Shown here piece by piece: positions 25,755 to 40,019 of a stretch of 64,000 nucleotides of DNA. The stretch comes from Camelus dromedarius. Lineage: Eukaryota. Within the stretch, counting starts at the first letter, position 1. Every line of letters starts with the position of its first letter. Both the position numbers and the translations under genes were made by a program. The notes under the pieces were generated by a model, which was not told the origin of the DNA, did no database searches, and saw only the letters and a program-made list of their open reading frames with translations. The stretch covers positions 12,836,001 through 12,900,000 of the forward strand of contig NC_087438.1 in NCBI RefSeq assembly GCF_036321535.1, in the 5' to 3' direction.

Positions 25755-26778
25755 CAGCGTGCTGGAGGTGACTGTCACAGGCTCATGATAGCTGATCATT
25801 AAATTTTCAGGAGTCTTTGAGTCAGTCATTAAACATGATCATAATTAGAAATTAAATTATAAAACCTCACTCTTAAATAATTTAAGACCAAAAGTAATAA
25901 ATATTCAGTGCTCATGTCTTTCTAATTATTTTACTGTTATCTGTGTTTGTGAGGTTATGTTGATTGTATCAATATGGTTAAAATATCATATAATGTGGTA
26001 ATTCTAGGCATCTCTTCCCAACTTTGTATTCAGTGATACCAGGTTGGTAGCTTGAAATCAGCAACAGTCAGAAGTATTTACATCATGGATGTTGGAAAAA
26101 AACTACAAATCAGAGCCTAAATATAAAGAGGGAGCTTCCAGACCCTCTCTGGGAACCTAAATGCATTCATCAACCTGGAGATCCCCTAATTTATTTTTGA
26201 TATTCTAGACTTAAAAAAGTGATAGAAAAAAATGTTAGTAATGTCAATTAAACTTAAAAGTGCCTTGTATCTGTATCTGTTACATTGTGAATAGCACAAT
26301 CTTGGAGAAAATAGTCTCCTGGTATCCAAAGACTATTATCCAACCAGCAAAGAAGTCACTCAGGACCTTGATGAATGGGTGAAATTCCAGATTCTTGATG
26401 AATGAGTGAAATTCCAGCATATGTCCATGTCATTTCAATGTCATCTTACTCATTAATAAACCAACATTTATATGGACTAATATTCATGATGGAATTAAAT
26501 TATCATTTAATTGATAATCTAGATTGGCCGTACAAGAATTTGATAAAAATCAGTGTAAGCATTTTGTAAGACTCAATTGGCTGTAAGAAACTTGTAATAA
26601 AGAGTAATGTATATCTTATTATTTGCAAGTTGCATGCTGTGCATCCTTTATAACAGGTAATTTTATAATAGATTTAGGTTTGGGTGTTTATATAAATATC
26701 TATGTCTACACACAAATATGTGTATTCACACATTTTTGTTTTCAGAAAAGTCAGTGATTTAAACATTTACCAGCATTT
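25755..26778 (+). mobile_element. MER63-like hAT-Blackjack element (about 1 kb)
   Basis: gtgctggag...ttaaattttcaggag, catctcttcccaact...ttggtagcttgaaatcagc...ctacaaatcagagc, ending taaacatttaccagca. Confidence 0.78.
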
Positions 26779-27617
26779 CTTTCTTATAAGATTTTCCCAA
26801 TTAACTCACAGGACTGCCTTATAAGGTTGATATACAATAAAATCTGAGGTGGATATACTTCAGAGTTTTCAGAAATTACTGCTATATGTTGATGTTTCTA
26901 AAATTGCTCTCCTCTCTTCCCACTCACTGTCTTTGCCCAAAATTTTATTTCATCACATTTTGAGAAAAGTACTCCATCTCTCCTTTACCATATCGACTTA
27001 CTGTAGAGTATTTATCTTGCAATGGTTTAGTCCATTTTTATTTTGTTAAATTTACCCTGTTTTCTAGGTTTATCTTTCTTAACCCTTTTCTCTGACACTA
27101 ATGCAAGTTGTATAAATTTAATTGCAAAGATTTATAGTCTATATATTTCGGTCTCATCATTGAATGTTTACTTTTTTTTCTGAATTTACCCTTCTTTTAA
27201 AATTTTCTCTAGTGAATCTAGTTTCTCTAGTCCCTTATTGTCATTCATGACCATTTCCCCTATTTGCAAGTGTTGTCTACACTGTAAACATTCGTAGCTT
27301 TCATCCCAACTTCAGTGGAAGAGGTCAACAATGATCTTTTGGTTGCTGAATATGATGGGCCCATTCAATGTTTCAGTGAGTTGGCTTCCTGTGATTTTGG
27401 ACGCTGTTAAACAAAATCACCTTGAAACTCAAGTTTCTATAATGACCCTATTTTTTTCTGCATCCATTGTCAATTACTCTTCTTCTATTTCCTTCATGAA
27501 CTCACTTCTCTGGGCAAATTATCCCTAATCATACCCAGCCCTCACACCCTACTCCAATTGCTGTACTCTTATACTGTTATGAAATAGTGTTTTTTTTTCT
27601 TTTAAAGTGCTTGTCAT

Positions 27618-28111
27618 ATTTATGGGTTGCATTGGGCACCCCCCTCCCATCTAATTCATATGGTGAAGTCCTAAACCTCCAGTACCTTAGAATGTGACCT
27701 TATGTGGAAATAGGGTCGTTCAGATATAATTAGTTATGATAAGATCATGGCTAAAGCAGGGTAAGCTCCTAAACCAGAATAACCTGTGCCTTATAAAAAG
27801 GAGAGATTTGCCCACGTGCGCACACTCATGCACATACACACACAGACGCACAGGTCGCATGTGAACATAAAGGCAACGATCAGGGTGTTGTGTCTACAAG
27901 CCAAGAAATAAGATCCCCAGCAAACCACTGGAAGCCAAGAGGGAGGCATGGAACAGATTTTCCCTCACAGAGAAAAACAGAAACCAACCTTGCTGATTAA
28001 TAGTCTTGTCTCAGACGTCTAGCCTTGAAAACTGTGAGATAATGAATTTCTGTTTCTTGAGCCATCCAGTTTGTGGTACTTTTTTTTTATGGCAGCAAAG
28101 AAACTAATACA
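27618..28111 (+). mobile_element. MaLR solo LTR (MLT1B/C-like) within L2-like sequence
   Basis: gaagtcctaaacctccagtaccttagaatgtgacctta...ggaaatagggtc; terminus agtttgtggtactt...atggcagc...aactaataca. Confidence 0.85.
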
Positions 28112-31100
28112 GCATCATAAATTATACAATTCATTCATCACTGAGATTAATTCATATCTTATCTGCATACAGGAACAAAAGTTTTCTGAAAGCAGGGGTT
28201 GTGTCTATTTTATTCAGAATTATATTCCTTCTTCTTATTTATATGGTGTATAATAGATACTCAATAAAAAGTGAGTATTTAAATAAAAATCCTGTTCCTC
28301 AACAAAGTGTTTACTACTATAATGATTAGGAGAAATTTTGCTTCTAATTTACCTATCAGATTTTCTGGTTGCAAATTCAAGAGGCTATAGAATTTCTTCT
28401 GCAAACCTGTCCTTGAGATGAGGAAAGAAAGGAAGACTCTTAGCTGAGTGGGATGCATGTATCTGATGATAGGGGTCTTTTATTTGGCCTTTTATTTTCA
28501 CATAGGCTAAATTTACTCATTTTGGCCTTAGCAACAGAATATGTGCAAAAGTCTGAGATAGTGGTGTGTGGAAAGTGATGACAGCACCATATGGGGGATT
28601 GTGTGGTATTTGGATGACATGCCATATTTTAATGTTTAATTTAAGAAGCTCTGATTTTGACAGTAAGAGTCGGGGATTAAAAAATAGATCTAAGAGATAA
28701 ATATAGAGTAGAACCATGTGATAATAAAAAAACTAATTGTTGTATGATGACCCATTATTTTCTATTTTATGTGTAATTTTTTCACATAAAACAGTTATTT
28801 CTTCCCTCTTTTTCACCTGATCTGCATCATAAGTGCAAATTATCATTTTACATGTGAGAAATCTGTCCCATTTTTCTCTATTTCATAATATTCATTTTGG
28901 GTAATTGTTTATTGTTGAATCAAAAGATACTCTTTCTTAGTTATTTTTAATGTTATATAAATATGATATTTAAATCATTATTGCAACAGAGTTTTGGCCA
29001 CAGATGGATTTATATAAATTAGAGCATATGGATTAGCATACGGAGTAAGACAAATCAGAGTTCATTCCAGAGAAACATATGTCATTTCAGTGTTTGGTGT
29101 CACTAGCAATAGATAGATAAAACAAATTTGATTACAAAATATTTTTTTCTAAATACATATATGTTATCATATTTTAAAGCAGAATATTTTATTCATGAGC
29201 ATCATTAACATATGTATTCATACTTCTGTGCTAATTAAGTTTAATTCTTTCCCCATCATCCCCGCATATCTATGTAATTATGACATCACAGGTAAAAAGA
29301 CATTTAAGCAATTTGTATAATAACATACTTTAATCTTTCATTAATATACAATTTCAAATAAGGAAGCATGCAAGTAAATTGAATTTGATACATTTAGGAA
29401 AAGAATGAGAAAATTATTCTAGTAAGTACAAGCATGCACATATCAATATTCATGAAATCATTGAATCAAATCACAATGCCTTGGAAGCTAATTTTGCCAA
29501 ATTTAAATTAATTAAAATTTTTGAATTTACAAGATAGTCCTTTAAAGTTTTCAGTTTATGGAAGTTACGATAATTTGCAAATCTGTAAAAATTATTTAAA
29601 ACAAACTTAAAGTTTTTCTTGAAGCTCATAAAGCCTTACATAATACACATTCTAAATATACATGAAACTAACCATGAAGTTTAATTTTGTCTATTTCTAA
29701 GTGATAGATTAAGTATTTAGGAGATGCATGAAAATAAAAAAACCCTTAAAAAGAAAACCATCCACTCTCTTCAATGTTACCAGGGATTTTCTCTTATATC
29801 ATTTTAGGAGCCAGGATGACAAAAATAAAACATTGTGCTCAGAAACGTTATCCTGGAATTTTAAAAGGGTAGAGACTAGAAAGAGACACTTTTATTTAGG
29901 AAATCATTTAACAAATTTTAAGCATTAAGATACAAAACTCCCAAGGAAAAATAGCAAATAAAGTGAATGTGTCCTCTGTAAGTCCAAAGGGTTCTTTGTT
30001 CTTTGTTATCACCCTAGAGCCAGAGAAAAATGGTACCAATGAGGTGAGAAATACTGACACGGGTCACCAAAAGAAAGACAGCATGCAAACAAAATCAGGT
30101 CAGCTTGTTCACTGAGTCATCTTACAGTTAACCTTGAACTATTTAAGTTAAACCTCAGAACAGGCCACGGGTTTCAAGGAAAGGCCTGAGCTGTGCTAAA
30201 TAAAATTGAACCTCTCCATAGTTTTCATACTGAATTTGTTCGTTATAAGATACCATTTCAAAGAGGCCATAAAAATAACTGTGCCACATGATAACACATC
30301 AATGGTTTACAAAGTGTGGCAAAATGCCTTTGGTGTCCCTTGTGAACTCTTGTGAGGTGTTGATAACGGATTTATAAGATGGAATGGAACACCACAAAAG
30401 CATTCTTTTCTCTTTTGCCTACTAAAAATTTTTTTTTCTTCCTCAATTCAGGAACAAAGTTAGAAAATAATTTTGAATAGCCTTTGTGGGACTTTCTTAG
30501 ATGTGAGCCTGGCAGATCATCAGTAGAAGAAAGATGTTGGAACCATTTACAACTTTCTCTTGACTTCTCCCAAGCTGACAGCAGGTTGAATCGATCTGTC
30601 TAAGTGCCTGTCATTTGTTGGGAGGAAGGGATCAATAGTCTCCAAACATCTGTCTCCAAGATTTAGAATTTGAAAACACTTTTGGAATGGATTTAGGTGG
30701 ATCTAATCAAAGTACTGAGGCAAGGACGTGAATGAGGGCCTTGAAATAAAATTATCATGTTAGAGAGAGAGAGGGAGAAACATCTACTACGTTGGATTAG
30801 GCAGGGAGATTGGGAGAGAAGAAGAGTTATTCCTGGTCAGGTCCTGCTGGGAATGCTTTGCACCTGGGAAAACTGTTTTATATGAGAATTAAAACAGCAG
30901 GTAGTCACAGTTGTGTTGATACTCGGGGCTCAGTCAGAATGCCCTGGTGCCCCCTTGTGAATTGACTTTACCTAAAGAAGTGTTTTGGTATCTGCCTTGT
31001 CTCTGCTGTAAGAGGGCTCCAAGAAATTGTCCTGAATCTTTCTTTACAGCTTCCAACTTTCACGTATGTGGCGTATTTGAAAGAGCTTACACTTTAGATT

Positions 31101-31351
31101 CTGGCTAGATTGCTGGGGATTCTTTTGGCCTCTTTTTAACTGAGAAACTGGTCAGCCCACCCTGGCCAGTTGAAGAACTGATACTTCTAGAACAGGGTGC
31201 CACCTAGCACGTGTGTTAGCTACAGGAGCAGGGCAGTTTTGTTGAGTTGCAATGCTCATCACAGGCACTGTTGGTCAACAACAAAAACAATGTTGCGTTT
31301 TGAATAAATTAGCAAGTTATTCATTTCAAACAGGAGAAAATACGCTAGAAT

Positions 31352-31418
31352 TAACATTATGCTGTACACCGGAAACTGATACAACATTGTAAACTGACTA
31401 TACTTCAATTAAAAAAAA
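31352..31418 (+). mobile_element. Very short L1 3' terminus
   Basis: aacattatgctgtacaccggaaactgatacaacattgtaaactgactatacttcaattaaaaaaaa matches the reverse complement of the L1 end at about 41745-41810. Confidence 0.8.
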
Positions 31419-32085
31419 TGGTTAAGAAGAAAGGCAGGGATGAAACAATTGTGTCATTAGAGGAACTTCAGTGTAACATAATATTTACATGGTTTGAAAT
31501 TATTCAACTTTGTAAAAATATATGTAAAATGTGGCTCTCTCATGAAAAATGAATATTGAAAATTTTGATAGTCCCATACTAGAATTTGACTTGTAGTAGG
31601 TTAAATTTCTTTCATTTATAAGCTTCAAATATCTATTCTTCAATTTTATACCAACAATTTGTCAATGTTCTGAAACTTAGTAATTTCCTGAAGTGGTATC
31701 TTACTGTTGTTTTGCTTTTCTTTGAGAAGTAGGTAAATCTGAATTCTTTTATGTAAAAAAGTGTTTCTCATAGATACTGAGCAAAAAATATGATCAACAA
31801 TTATATTTTTTTCTCATGTATGTATCTATCAAAATGTGTCAGTAAGTTTACATTAAAAGAAAAAATAGAAGACTTTTTAATAAGCTTTCCTTTTTATATG
31901 AAGCTTTAGAATGTTAAACTACACTGAAAAAAAATGTATATGCATCAAATATATTTTCATGACCAGTCATCACCTAATCAGCATTAAGATGTATTAAAAA
32001 TATCATCTCCTTGTGATGGCTAAATTGATATTAAACAATCATTTGACTTCAAAATGAAATTTTTATTCCCAAAATAAAAATGTTA

Positions 32086-32145
32086 ACTGGAATTTGACAC
32101 AACACTGTAAAATGATTATAAATCAATAAAAAATGTTAAAAAAAA
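32086..32145 (+). mobile_element. Very short (about 60 bp) 3' terminus of the young L1 family
   Basis: Near-identical to the reverse complement of 781-835 (actggaatttgacacaacaYtgtaaaatgattataaatcaat...aaatgttaaaa). Confidence 0.88.
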
Positions 32146-34803
32146 TGTAAGGCAAAGTTGATTCTAAAGAATAATAAATACCACTGGTACCAAGGAAATA
32201 TTTTAATAGCAGATCAGCACATAAATACATATATCCATTTTGTATGTTTAATTCTAATTCAGAACATTCACTTTTTTTGTGTAATACTGCTGTTGTCTTG
32301 TTGCTTTCTTAGTGTGAGTAATTGATCTGGGGGTTCTGGTTTGCCATCAGTCTAAGGGCTGAATGTGATTGGATGAACATGAGGAAAAATGGAAGAGAAA
32401 TGGAAGGGGAGTATTGACATAGACAAATGAAACATTAAAAAATGGGAGGATCATTATTCAGAAAGCAAATGCCAGTATTTCATTAGTTTGAAAGCTTTGG
32501 CTCTTAAGTCTTCAGTCAAAATTAGTTTAGTTAGAAAATAACCTCTTTGGCAGAACTTCTATCAGATAGACCTCTACCTACAGCAATATTTCTAAATAAT
32601 GACATTTCATATACATTTATTCCTTTAGAGTTTTAATTGGTCATGAAAAACTTCAGTGCCTATTATAATATTCTTTTCCCCACTCTTTCTTTTCCTTTTT
32701 TTTTTTTTTAAACAAAGTGCTCTTACCAAATAATCTGAAATTGACTCATCGTTATCAATGTTGATAATTATGACCAGTTTTGTTCCTCCTAGGGATATTT
32801 GAATTTTATGGAAATCAAAACTTACATATTGGTAGTAAATTGTTGATGCTAGTCTAGTAGTTTTTTTTTTTTTTTTTTTTTTGAGCAGTGTTCTCAGTAT
32901 AACAGGTAGAATGAAAGTGTGCATTTTGAATTGTTTATGAAGAAGTGGTGATGGGGTACTCTGGATGTGTTTCCTTTTCTACTCTTTGGTTCCTCTTGTC
33001 TGTGACCCTGCAGTTAAAGACCTTGACCATATAAGACATCTTCTACAGCAACAAATTTAATGGCCTCAGATGCTAATTGGGACATGGATATGAATTATAA
33101 GACTCAGGAACAAACCTTGAGTGTCTTCCATGTATTGTGTATGTTCATCACAAATAGACGGAACAATTGCATAGTTGAATGAAATGAAAAAATAAAATAA
33201 TATAGACCAGTGACTTCATGATTTCAAAATAATTCTAAACTGTTTTCATGAATAATAATCAGACCCTCAGTGCAAATTCAATTTCTAGTTAGATCGTGAA
33301 ACTCTGACATGGAGAGAAGAAAGAAGAAGGTGTGCTGGCTGGGTGCTGTGGTGCGAGAAGTTGGAGGCTGGGCTAAGGGCAAGTGTATTTGCCTTTGAAA
33401 GTTGAGTATAGGTCTGCACCCTCACCTGTGCAATCGGGGCTGTTCTGCCATCCATTCTGCTACTTGTCCCTCCCCTTCTCTCTTCTAGGGCTCTCCTGCC
33501 TTACTGCTCAAAAGATTTCTCATTGCTGAGCACTTGCTTCCAATTCAAGGGAGCACCTGACTCATTTGGAGAGGTGTTGTCCTCCAGAGGAATGGAGTTC
33601 CTCAAAACTTAGAAAACAAAAAGATTGACACCACCATCCTTACAATGACATCTGTATACATGGGGAAGATGAGATTTGTGCACTGGTTTAGAAATCAAAG
33701 TGTAATTTATAATACTTGTTTCCATAGGAAAATGTGGTCTGAGGTTTATTTAGCTTCAAAGCATTTTTGGAACATGACATATTGGTGAGTTGGAGATAAT
33801 GATTTAGAATTCAGATTTAAATAGAAATTAATTGGCAGAAATGTCTGCAACTCTTTATACTATAGTCCAGATATAATTATTTTACTTACTTTCCTTCATA
33901 AGTGTACATTTAAATTAAAATAAATAATACTCAAACATCTTTATTAAAGCAAATTTTGTCTTTATTCAATTGAAGAAAGTAAATTAAAAAATGTAACTAC
34001 AAGAACAAAGTTCCATGGTTTACATAAGCTTTTTCCATAGTCTATTATTATTATGGCCTTTAAATATATCTAAATCACAATTGCTGTTTGAAAGTTAACC
34101 AACATAGGACATTCTCACATTCTTGCCAAATTCCAAAACAGGGAAAAAACATTTGGGCTGAAAAATCAGACTATACATGTTCTAAAAAAGCCATTTGTAA
34201 GTCATTTTCACTCCCCAATGCTTTAATTTACTAAACAATGATTTAGGATGGTGCACTGAATACTTAAGAACTATGCAGATTAAAAAATACTTAAAAACCA
34301 AAAACCGAAACTCCGGTGAAACCAAATTCTGAAGGTAAACTCTAGTCAGCAAGTTTTCCTCTAGTGTGAAATACAGTAATCCTTTCCCAATGCTGAGGTC
34401 ATCGTTCTATCCTTACAGGAGAAGTCCCATTGAATATGTTAAGCTGCATTAGAAAAACAGGCTAGAGGGTCAATGACTAATTCTATAAAGGCAAATGGAG
34501 ATATTCTGATTTTCACTCAAGTAAAATAATAAATAACAAAATTAAGTGAATTTCAATACTACTCTCTGTACTGTAAAACAATAGGAAGTATGCTACCAAT
34601 TTTAATTTATCTCCTCTTGGTCCATAGGAACTTTCAGAATTTTTCTCCCCCAAAGTTTATTAATGTGTGTGTGTGTGTATGTTTCATAATGTCGGTAATC
34701 AAAGTCTTTTTTTCCTTACATTTACATCTCAGATGTGTTGGCTCAAAATTCCCATTTCATCCAGTCAACAATCCCAGACAAATAATAACTTGGATTCTTG
34801 AGA

Positions 34804-34808
<5 letters not shown>

Positions 34809-34845
<37 letters not shown>
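34809..34845. repeat. (AC)18 microsatellite
   Basis: Uninterrupted AC run. Confidence 0.97.
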
Positions 34846-34848
<3 letters not shown>

Positions 34849-35253
34849 GCAGGGTAGATTTTCTTAACTTTCTTAGCAGAATCAGGGCATTTTTGGACCC
34901 TGTACTCATAGATAGATATTTTCCATGAAAACTCCATTCTGGAGCTTGTGCCGTGATGCTTTGCTACGCACTTTCTGGCTTCCTCCATTTCAACAGAGCA
35001 ATAGATACAATTCTAAGATTAGAGCTTGCTTTCCTATGTCCTGACAAGCAGTGGTGAAGTTCCTAAGAGGCAGTTCCTACTGAAACCACTAGACAGGCTT
35101 GCCACACTCCAGTGTAAGGGGACAATGTGCCCGAATGGATTTAGACAGTTGTTATTAACAGCACAGAGGACAGCATGGGCTTCCTGTCTGCATCACTTCC
35201 CCTGGTCCTCTAGTCCCCAGCGTGGTGATATGGGGCTGCCCACACAGTGGGTC

Positions 35254-35762
35254 TGTTACCAAGTCCAAGCTCATACTGCTCACTGCACAACAGGCCAACA
35301 AATCCGGAGGCGAGTTGTTGGGGCAAGGAATAGCAACTTTCTTCAGAAAGGCAGCTCACTGAGAAGATGATGGACTAGTGCCCCAAAGAACCATCTTACC
35401 TGAGTTAGAATTCAGGCTTATTTTATGCTAAAAAGGAATGGGGAGGGTGTGGTTGGTTGTTGCAAACTTCCTGGTGTTGGAATCCTTAGTTTTTGCAGCT
35501 GTCCCCATACATTGGGTCACAATGTTCCTGTAAACTTCCAAGACAAATGTTTCTCTCTGTTCTGCAACAATTTATCTCTATATGAATGGAAAAGTGTTAG
35601 ATCCTTAAAGGTCAGAGCCTTGAGAATGGGTTATCAGTCTATAGGCAACAGTCTTTTACAAAAGGTGCAGAACTAGCATGACTAAGCACAGGAAACAGAG
35701 CACAGGGTTAGAGCTAAAGGAACAGATCTAATATGGAGTGAGATTTGTTCTTCCCAATTGCA
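35254..35762 (-). mobile_element. ERV1-type solo LTR nested in an older LTR-like sequence
   Basis: TG...CA termini about 510 bp apart; 4-bp TSD-like ggtc/gatc with one mismatch; antisense U5-like ggggcaaggaatagcaacttt...gaagatgatggactagtg. Confidence 0.7.
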
Positions 35763-38700
35763 GATCCTTGCTACATTGAAGAACACTGACCTCAAGAAAG
35801 CCCCTATCTTAGAAGGAGACTGCTAGCCCCTGCCTGTCCTTTCCTCTACAGGCATCATCTTTATCATCCTGGAATGTGTCAGGAAATAGGAAGGCTTTAT
35901 AGCCCTGAATTTAAGCAAATGTGACCCCTGTTCTGAAGCAGCTTTGCAAATAACCTTGTAAAAAGTTGTTGGTGCCTTTTGTTCAGAAGATGTGCAGAAA
36001 TAGCAGATCCTTGAAGAATTACCTCCCGACGTTATCTTTCTTCTTTACAGAAACTTTACTCCTGTTTTGCATTTTGCATTATTTTATGTATTACAGAAAC
36101 AGCATTTTGTTGTTGTCCTAATTATTCTCCAAGGCAGCATTTCTCATTTTACTCATTTACTGACTAGAAATAAATGCTGGCATTTGAGGTAAAGGGATTT
36201 TGCAATTAAGAAGGACTAAAAAAAGTATTTTTTTCTTGATCAAAATACTTAACTCTGATTAATTTTTTATGTTGGGGAAACGTTAGCGGGGTATTTGACT
36301 TTACAGATGGAGACAAATTTGGAAGTATGTGTGCCACTTTGGAAAATGCTAATATGATGATGACTTTAAAGAAGTATAGCAATCCATGTATCCCTAAAGA
36401 AGGATCGAGAAAAAGAGGTTATGTGAAATTAACAAATACAAAGTTACTAGGTACAAATTCATATTTTCTTACCTCTGTAGCACCTGAACTCAATCTCAGG
36501 TTATATCACGTCACCATGAAGTGTGTTTTTTGATTAAATATTCTTCCCAATGGCCAGATGTCTCAGGATTATGTGGCAGCCACGCTCCACGTCTTGCAAC
36601 CAAACACCCCTGGGATGGAAGTTAGAATTGCATGAGTCTAGCAGAGAGCACTCACATATCCCCCATTGGCAGTTTAGAAATGCTTTTGATTGGTGAGTTC
36701 CCAAAACATCTGGCAAAAAAACTTGCTCATATTGGTACTTTTGCCTTTAGACTCTTGAGAATTTTTACAAATGCCTAACTTCATCTACGTGGAAGCTCAG
36801 AATGAATACTTGAAGAGAATCAAAATGTCGGAATGTGTTCCTTGTTTCAAATTTGGTTAGGCAGTTGAGCCAAGGATCTTTAGGATCTTAATATTTCTCA
36901 GTATTGGAAACTTGCTGTTTAGGCACAAAGCTAGATTTTAGGCGCCAGCAAAGAAGATGTTTGCTGTTCCACGAAGCAAGCAGTGGCCAATACATTATTC
37001 TGGTTCTCAGGAGGTGGGGTCATGCATAATAACTTACCTGGTCTTTCCTTTTCTAACAGCAATTGGACGCAAAAGCACCTCTGCTAAGGAACTGATTCTG
37101 GGAGGGCTCTGATGGGTGCGCTGGAGGATGAATGGGTCATTGCGATGAAGACTGCATTCTCTCTGAACTTTAGGGACTTTATGAAGGGCTAAATGTAAAG
37201 CCAGAATAATTGTAGGGATTAGTCCTTCTCTCTCAGCAGCAGCCTCCAAAAGCATAAAGATGTGAGCTTATACTTACATGACCTTGGGAAAATTGTTCTC
37301 TGTTTATCATCCATAAGTGAAGGGTATAATGTCACCTTTTTTGAAGTGAATCAATGATGAGATTGAATGTGTTCACTAATGAGAAGAGGGTTTGGAAATA
37401 TGTAATGCGGTGCATAATTATTAAGTATAATTAAGGAGGCAGTACAATCCTCAATAAAGTCTAAATATTATATTTAAACATAAAATCCTAATCAGAATTT
37501 TACATTTGAAATACTCAGTTACATTACTATGCATTCCTAAAAGGATGCTTCATTTAGACATTACAAAAGAATGTCACATGTACCAAAATACAAGGTCATG
37601 AACCCCTGTTCTTAAAAACAGATGCATTATGAATCTGGAATATATGTGTCACAGTCATTAAGTTTATAATAATATGACAGTGCTGATGTTAAGATTTCAT
37701 CACAGTTAACCCAGGAAAGAATATTTTGTGTAAGATCATTGACATGTGGTCAGCTTGAAATTAGAGCTTCTCAGTGGCATGAAAATTGTGGTTCTGTAAC
37801 GGGTAACACAATCAGACTAAATTAAATCTTGCTAAAACCACATTGTGTAAGGGTACTTGTGCTTGATTTTGTTTATTCTGGACACCGCAATCTTGACTTT
37901 AATGGTTAAGGAGGTTCCACCCACTCTAATGCAGTATAGGAGCATGGGTGGATTCAAATTGCTTACACGTAATTCGATAGAAATGCTACATGCAGCTTAC
38001 TTGATTATCAGATGTATATGTACATGCAATTGTAGGACAGCCATTACCAGAATACAGTGCAACAGTGACCTCATACCTCCGATTTCAACATGAAAACTGG
38101 TAGATGCCCCGTTTTTCAGATTAGGAGCAAGACTGGGATCTTTCTAGAGAAATTCCCTCACTGCCTGAATTGTAGAGGTACCACAAAGACCTATTCAATA
38201 CCATTCTGGCTTCCCAGTTCCATTTAAAGGCAAACTTCAGAGTTCCCTCAGTGCTCAAGGGAGACCACGCATTTGCCTGTTTGTGCTCTTAGTGCTGCCA
38301 TAACACAGCTCTCCTGAAAGCTGTCCCCATGCCATTCAGTGTGGGGACAACACATGCAGGCTGGCACACACCCTGCCCACCCTGAGGTTGGAGGGATTCG
38401 TTCTTGGACTTCTCCAGTCAGGGTCGCTGGTTAATACTCACATACTCAGACATTCTCCCTGGAGCATGGGTTCTGAGCCAGGATGGCCCATCCAGGCTGG
38501 GCTTCCGGCCACAGCTGCTCATATTCCCAGAACCAACCCTGGAACCGCAGCCCTGATCTTCCTCCCTCATGCTGGAGTTCCCTTTGGGGGCCCGGATGTC
38601 CCTTTCTGCTACCATAGTTGGGATGATCTCAGTCTATCAGGGAGCGTTCTCATTTCTACTGCTATGTTATTAAATCTTGGTCCTGGTTCAGGAGCAATGA

Positions 38701-40019
38701 GAGAAACCTCAGCTCTTGACAAAAAACACATTTTCCGTTTATAAATCTAATTTGTCAGCATCGATGAAAGATATGACTCTTGAATATTTGTATCTGCTGG
38801 ATTTCATTAAGGAGATTTTGAGGAATTGGTGGGGGTGAGAAGGGTATGAGACCATGAAGGGCAATTTCCCAACATGGAAGAAAAGTCACACTTTCACCAT
38901 TAGTTCAGTAACTTTCTCAGGGTAGGAAAAGAAAAGATTCTGTTTGAAAGTGACAGAGCCCTGGAACTCTCGTCCAAGGAACTGGAAATAACTTGTCAGT
39001 ATTTTTCTGTTTGTTTGTTTGTGCTCCAAATTCATTTTTGGTAATAGTGGAAGCAATCTGAAACGAAATACAACACTTAAAGCAAATGAAACGAAAGTAA
39101 ATGCCAGCAGTAAATGGCAAGAAAAAAAAACAATTCAGTGTATTCTTCAGAAATCCTGTCTCTTGGGACTGAGTGTTGAAAGTTTCTTATTCTTATTTTT
39201 GAAACTTTACAATCATGACGCTATCCATTGATGTTAAAATTAATTCTGTTACTTCGTGTCAATTTGTTCTCTTAATAGGACAAGTTTGGCCTCAACTAGA
39301 CCTGAGCTCAGATCAAATCCCTTAATTTCTCTGAGATATTTTCTTTTTCCTTAGATTTAAAGTGGGAAAAAAAAATTCTTGTAATTATGAGGATTAAAGA
39401 GAACGCATCATACTGGACTTTTCCTGTGTGGTGGGCACTTAACCCATGGTAACAACTCTGATTATTATATCTGATATTGGTATAATAATAACAGTTTGTT
39501 TTAATCTTTGAGGAATTAGTTATTCCTAACCTTTATGGTAAATGCTACTAAACAGAGGTTTTAAGTTCAAGTATCCAAAGTTGTTAGAACAACAATATTT
39601 GACAGTAACATCATCATAATCAAAATGGAAAACAAAGCCATCTGGCAATAAATAAAGATGTTCGCAGCCTCTGTGAAACACGTATATACTAGAGGTTAAA
39701 TTGAATTGGAATCACTTTGGGAGTCAGCGTTTATAATGGAACTAAGGAGTTTCTAATAGAGAAATGTTGAAATAGACACAATTTGCTAGGAACAATGCCT
39801 ACAATTAGGAAGAATTTCAGTGCCTGTCATCTTCTTCAATTTCTGTGTTTCTTTGAAACCTCTATTGCTTGCCTTCTACATTACTCCTTATATCTTTTTC
39901 TTATGGATAAATTTAAGTATTTTTCTTTGAATTCTATCTTCCTATTAATTGTGCTTTTGTCTAATGGATTTCCGTTGACCCTCCCGTAATGGGTATTTTA
40001 ACAACAATTTAAAAAATAT

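Noticed and set aside
33630..33800. Possible Tigger-like DNA transposon remnant (a similar case at about 10700-10900)
   Set aside because: Recalled similarity is too weak to name or delimit without a search.
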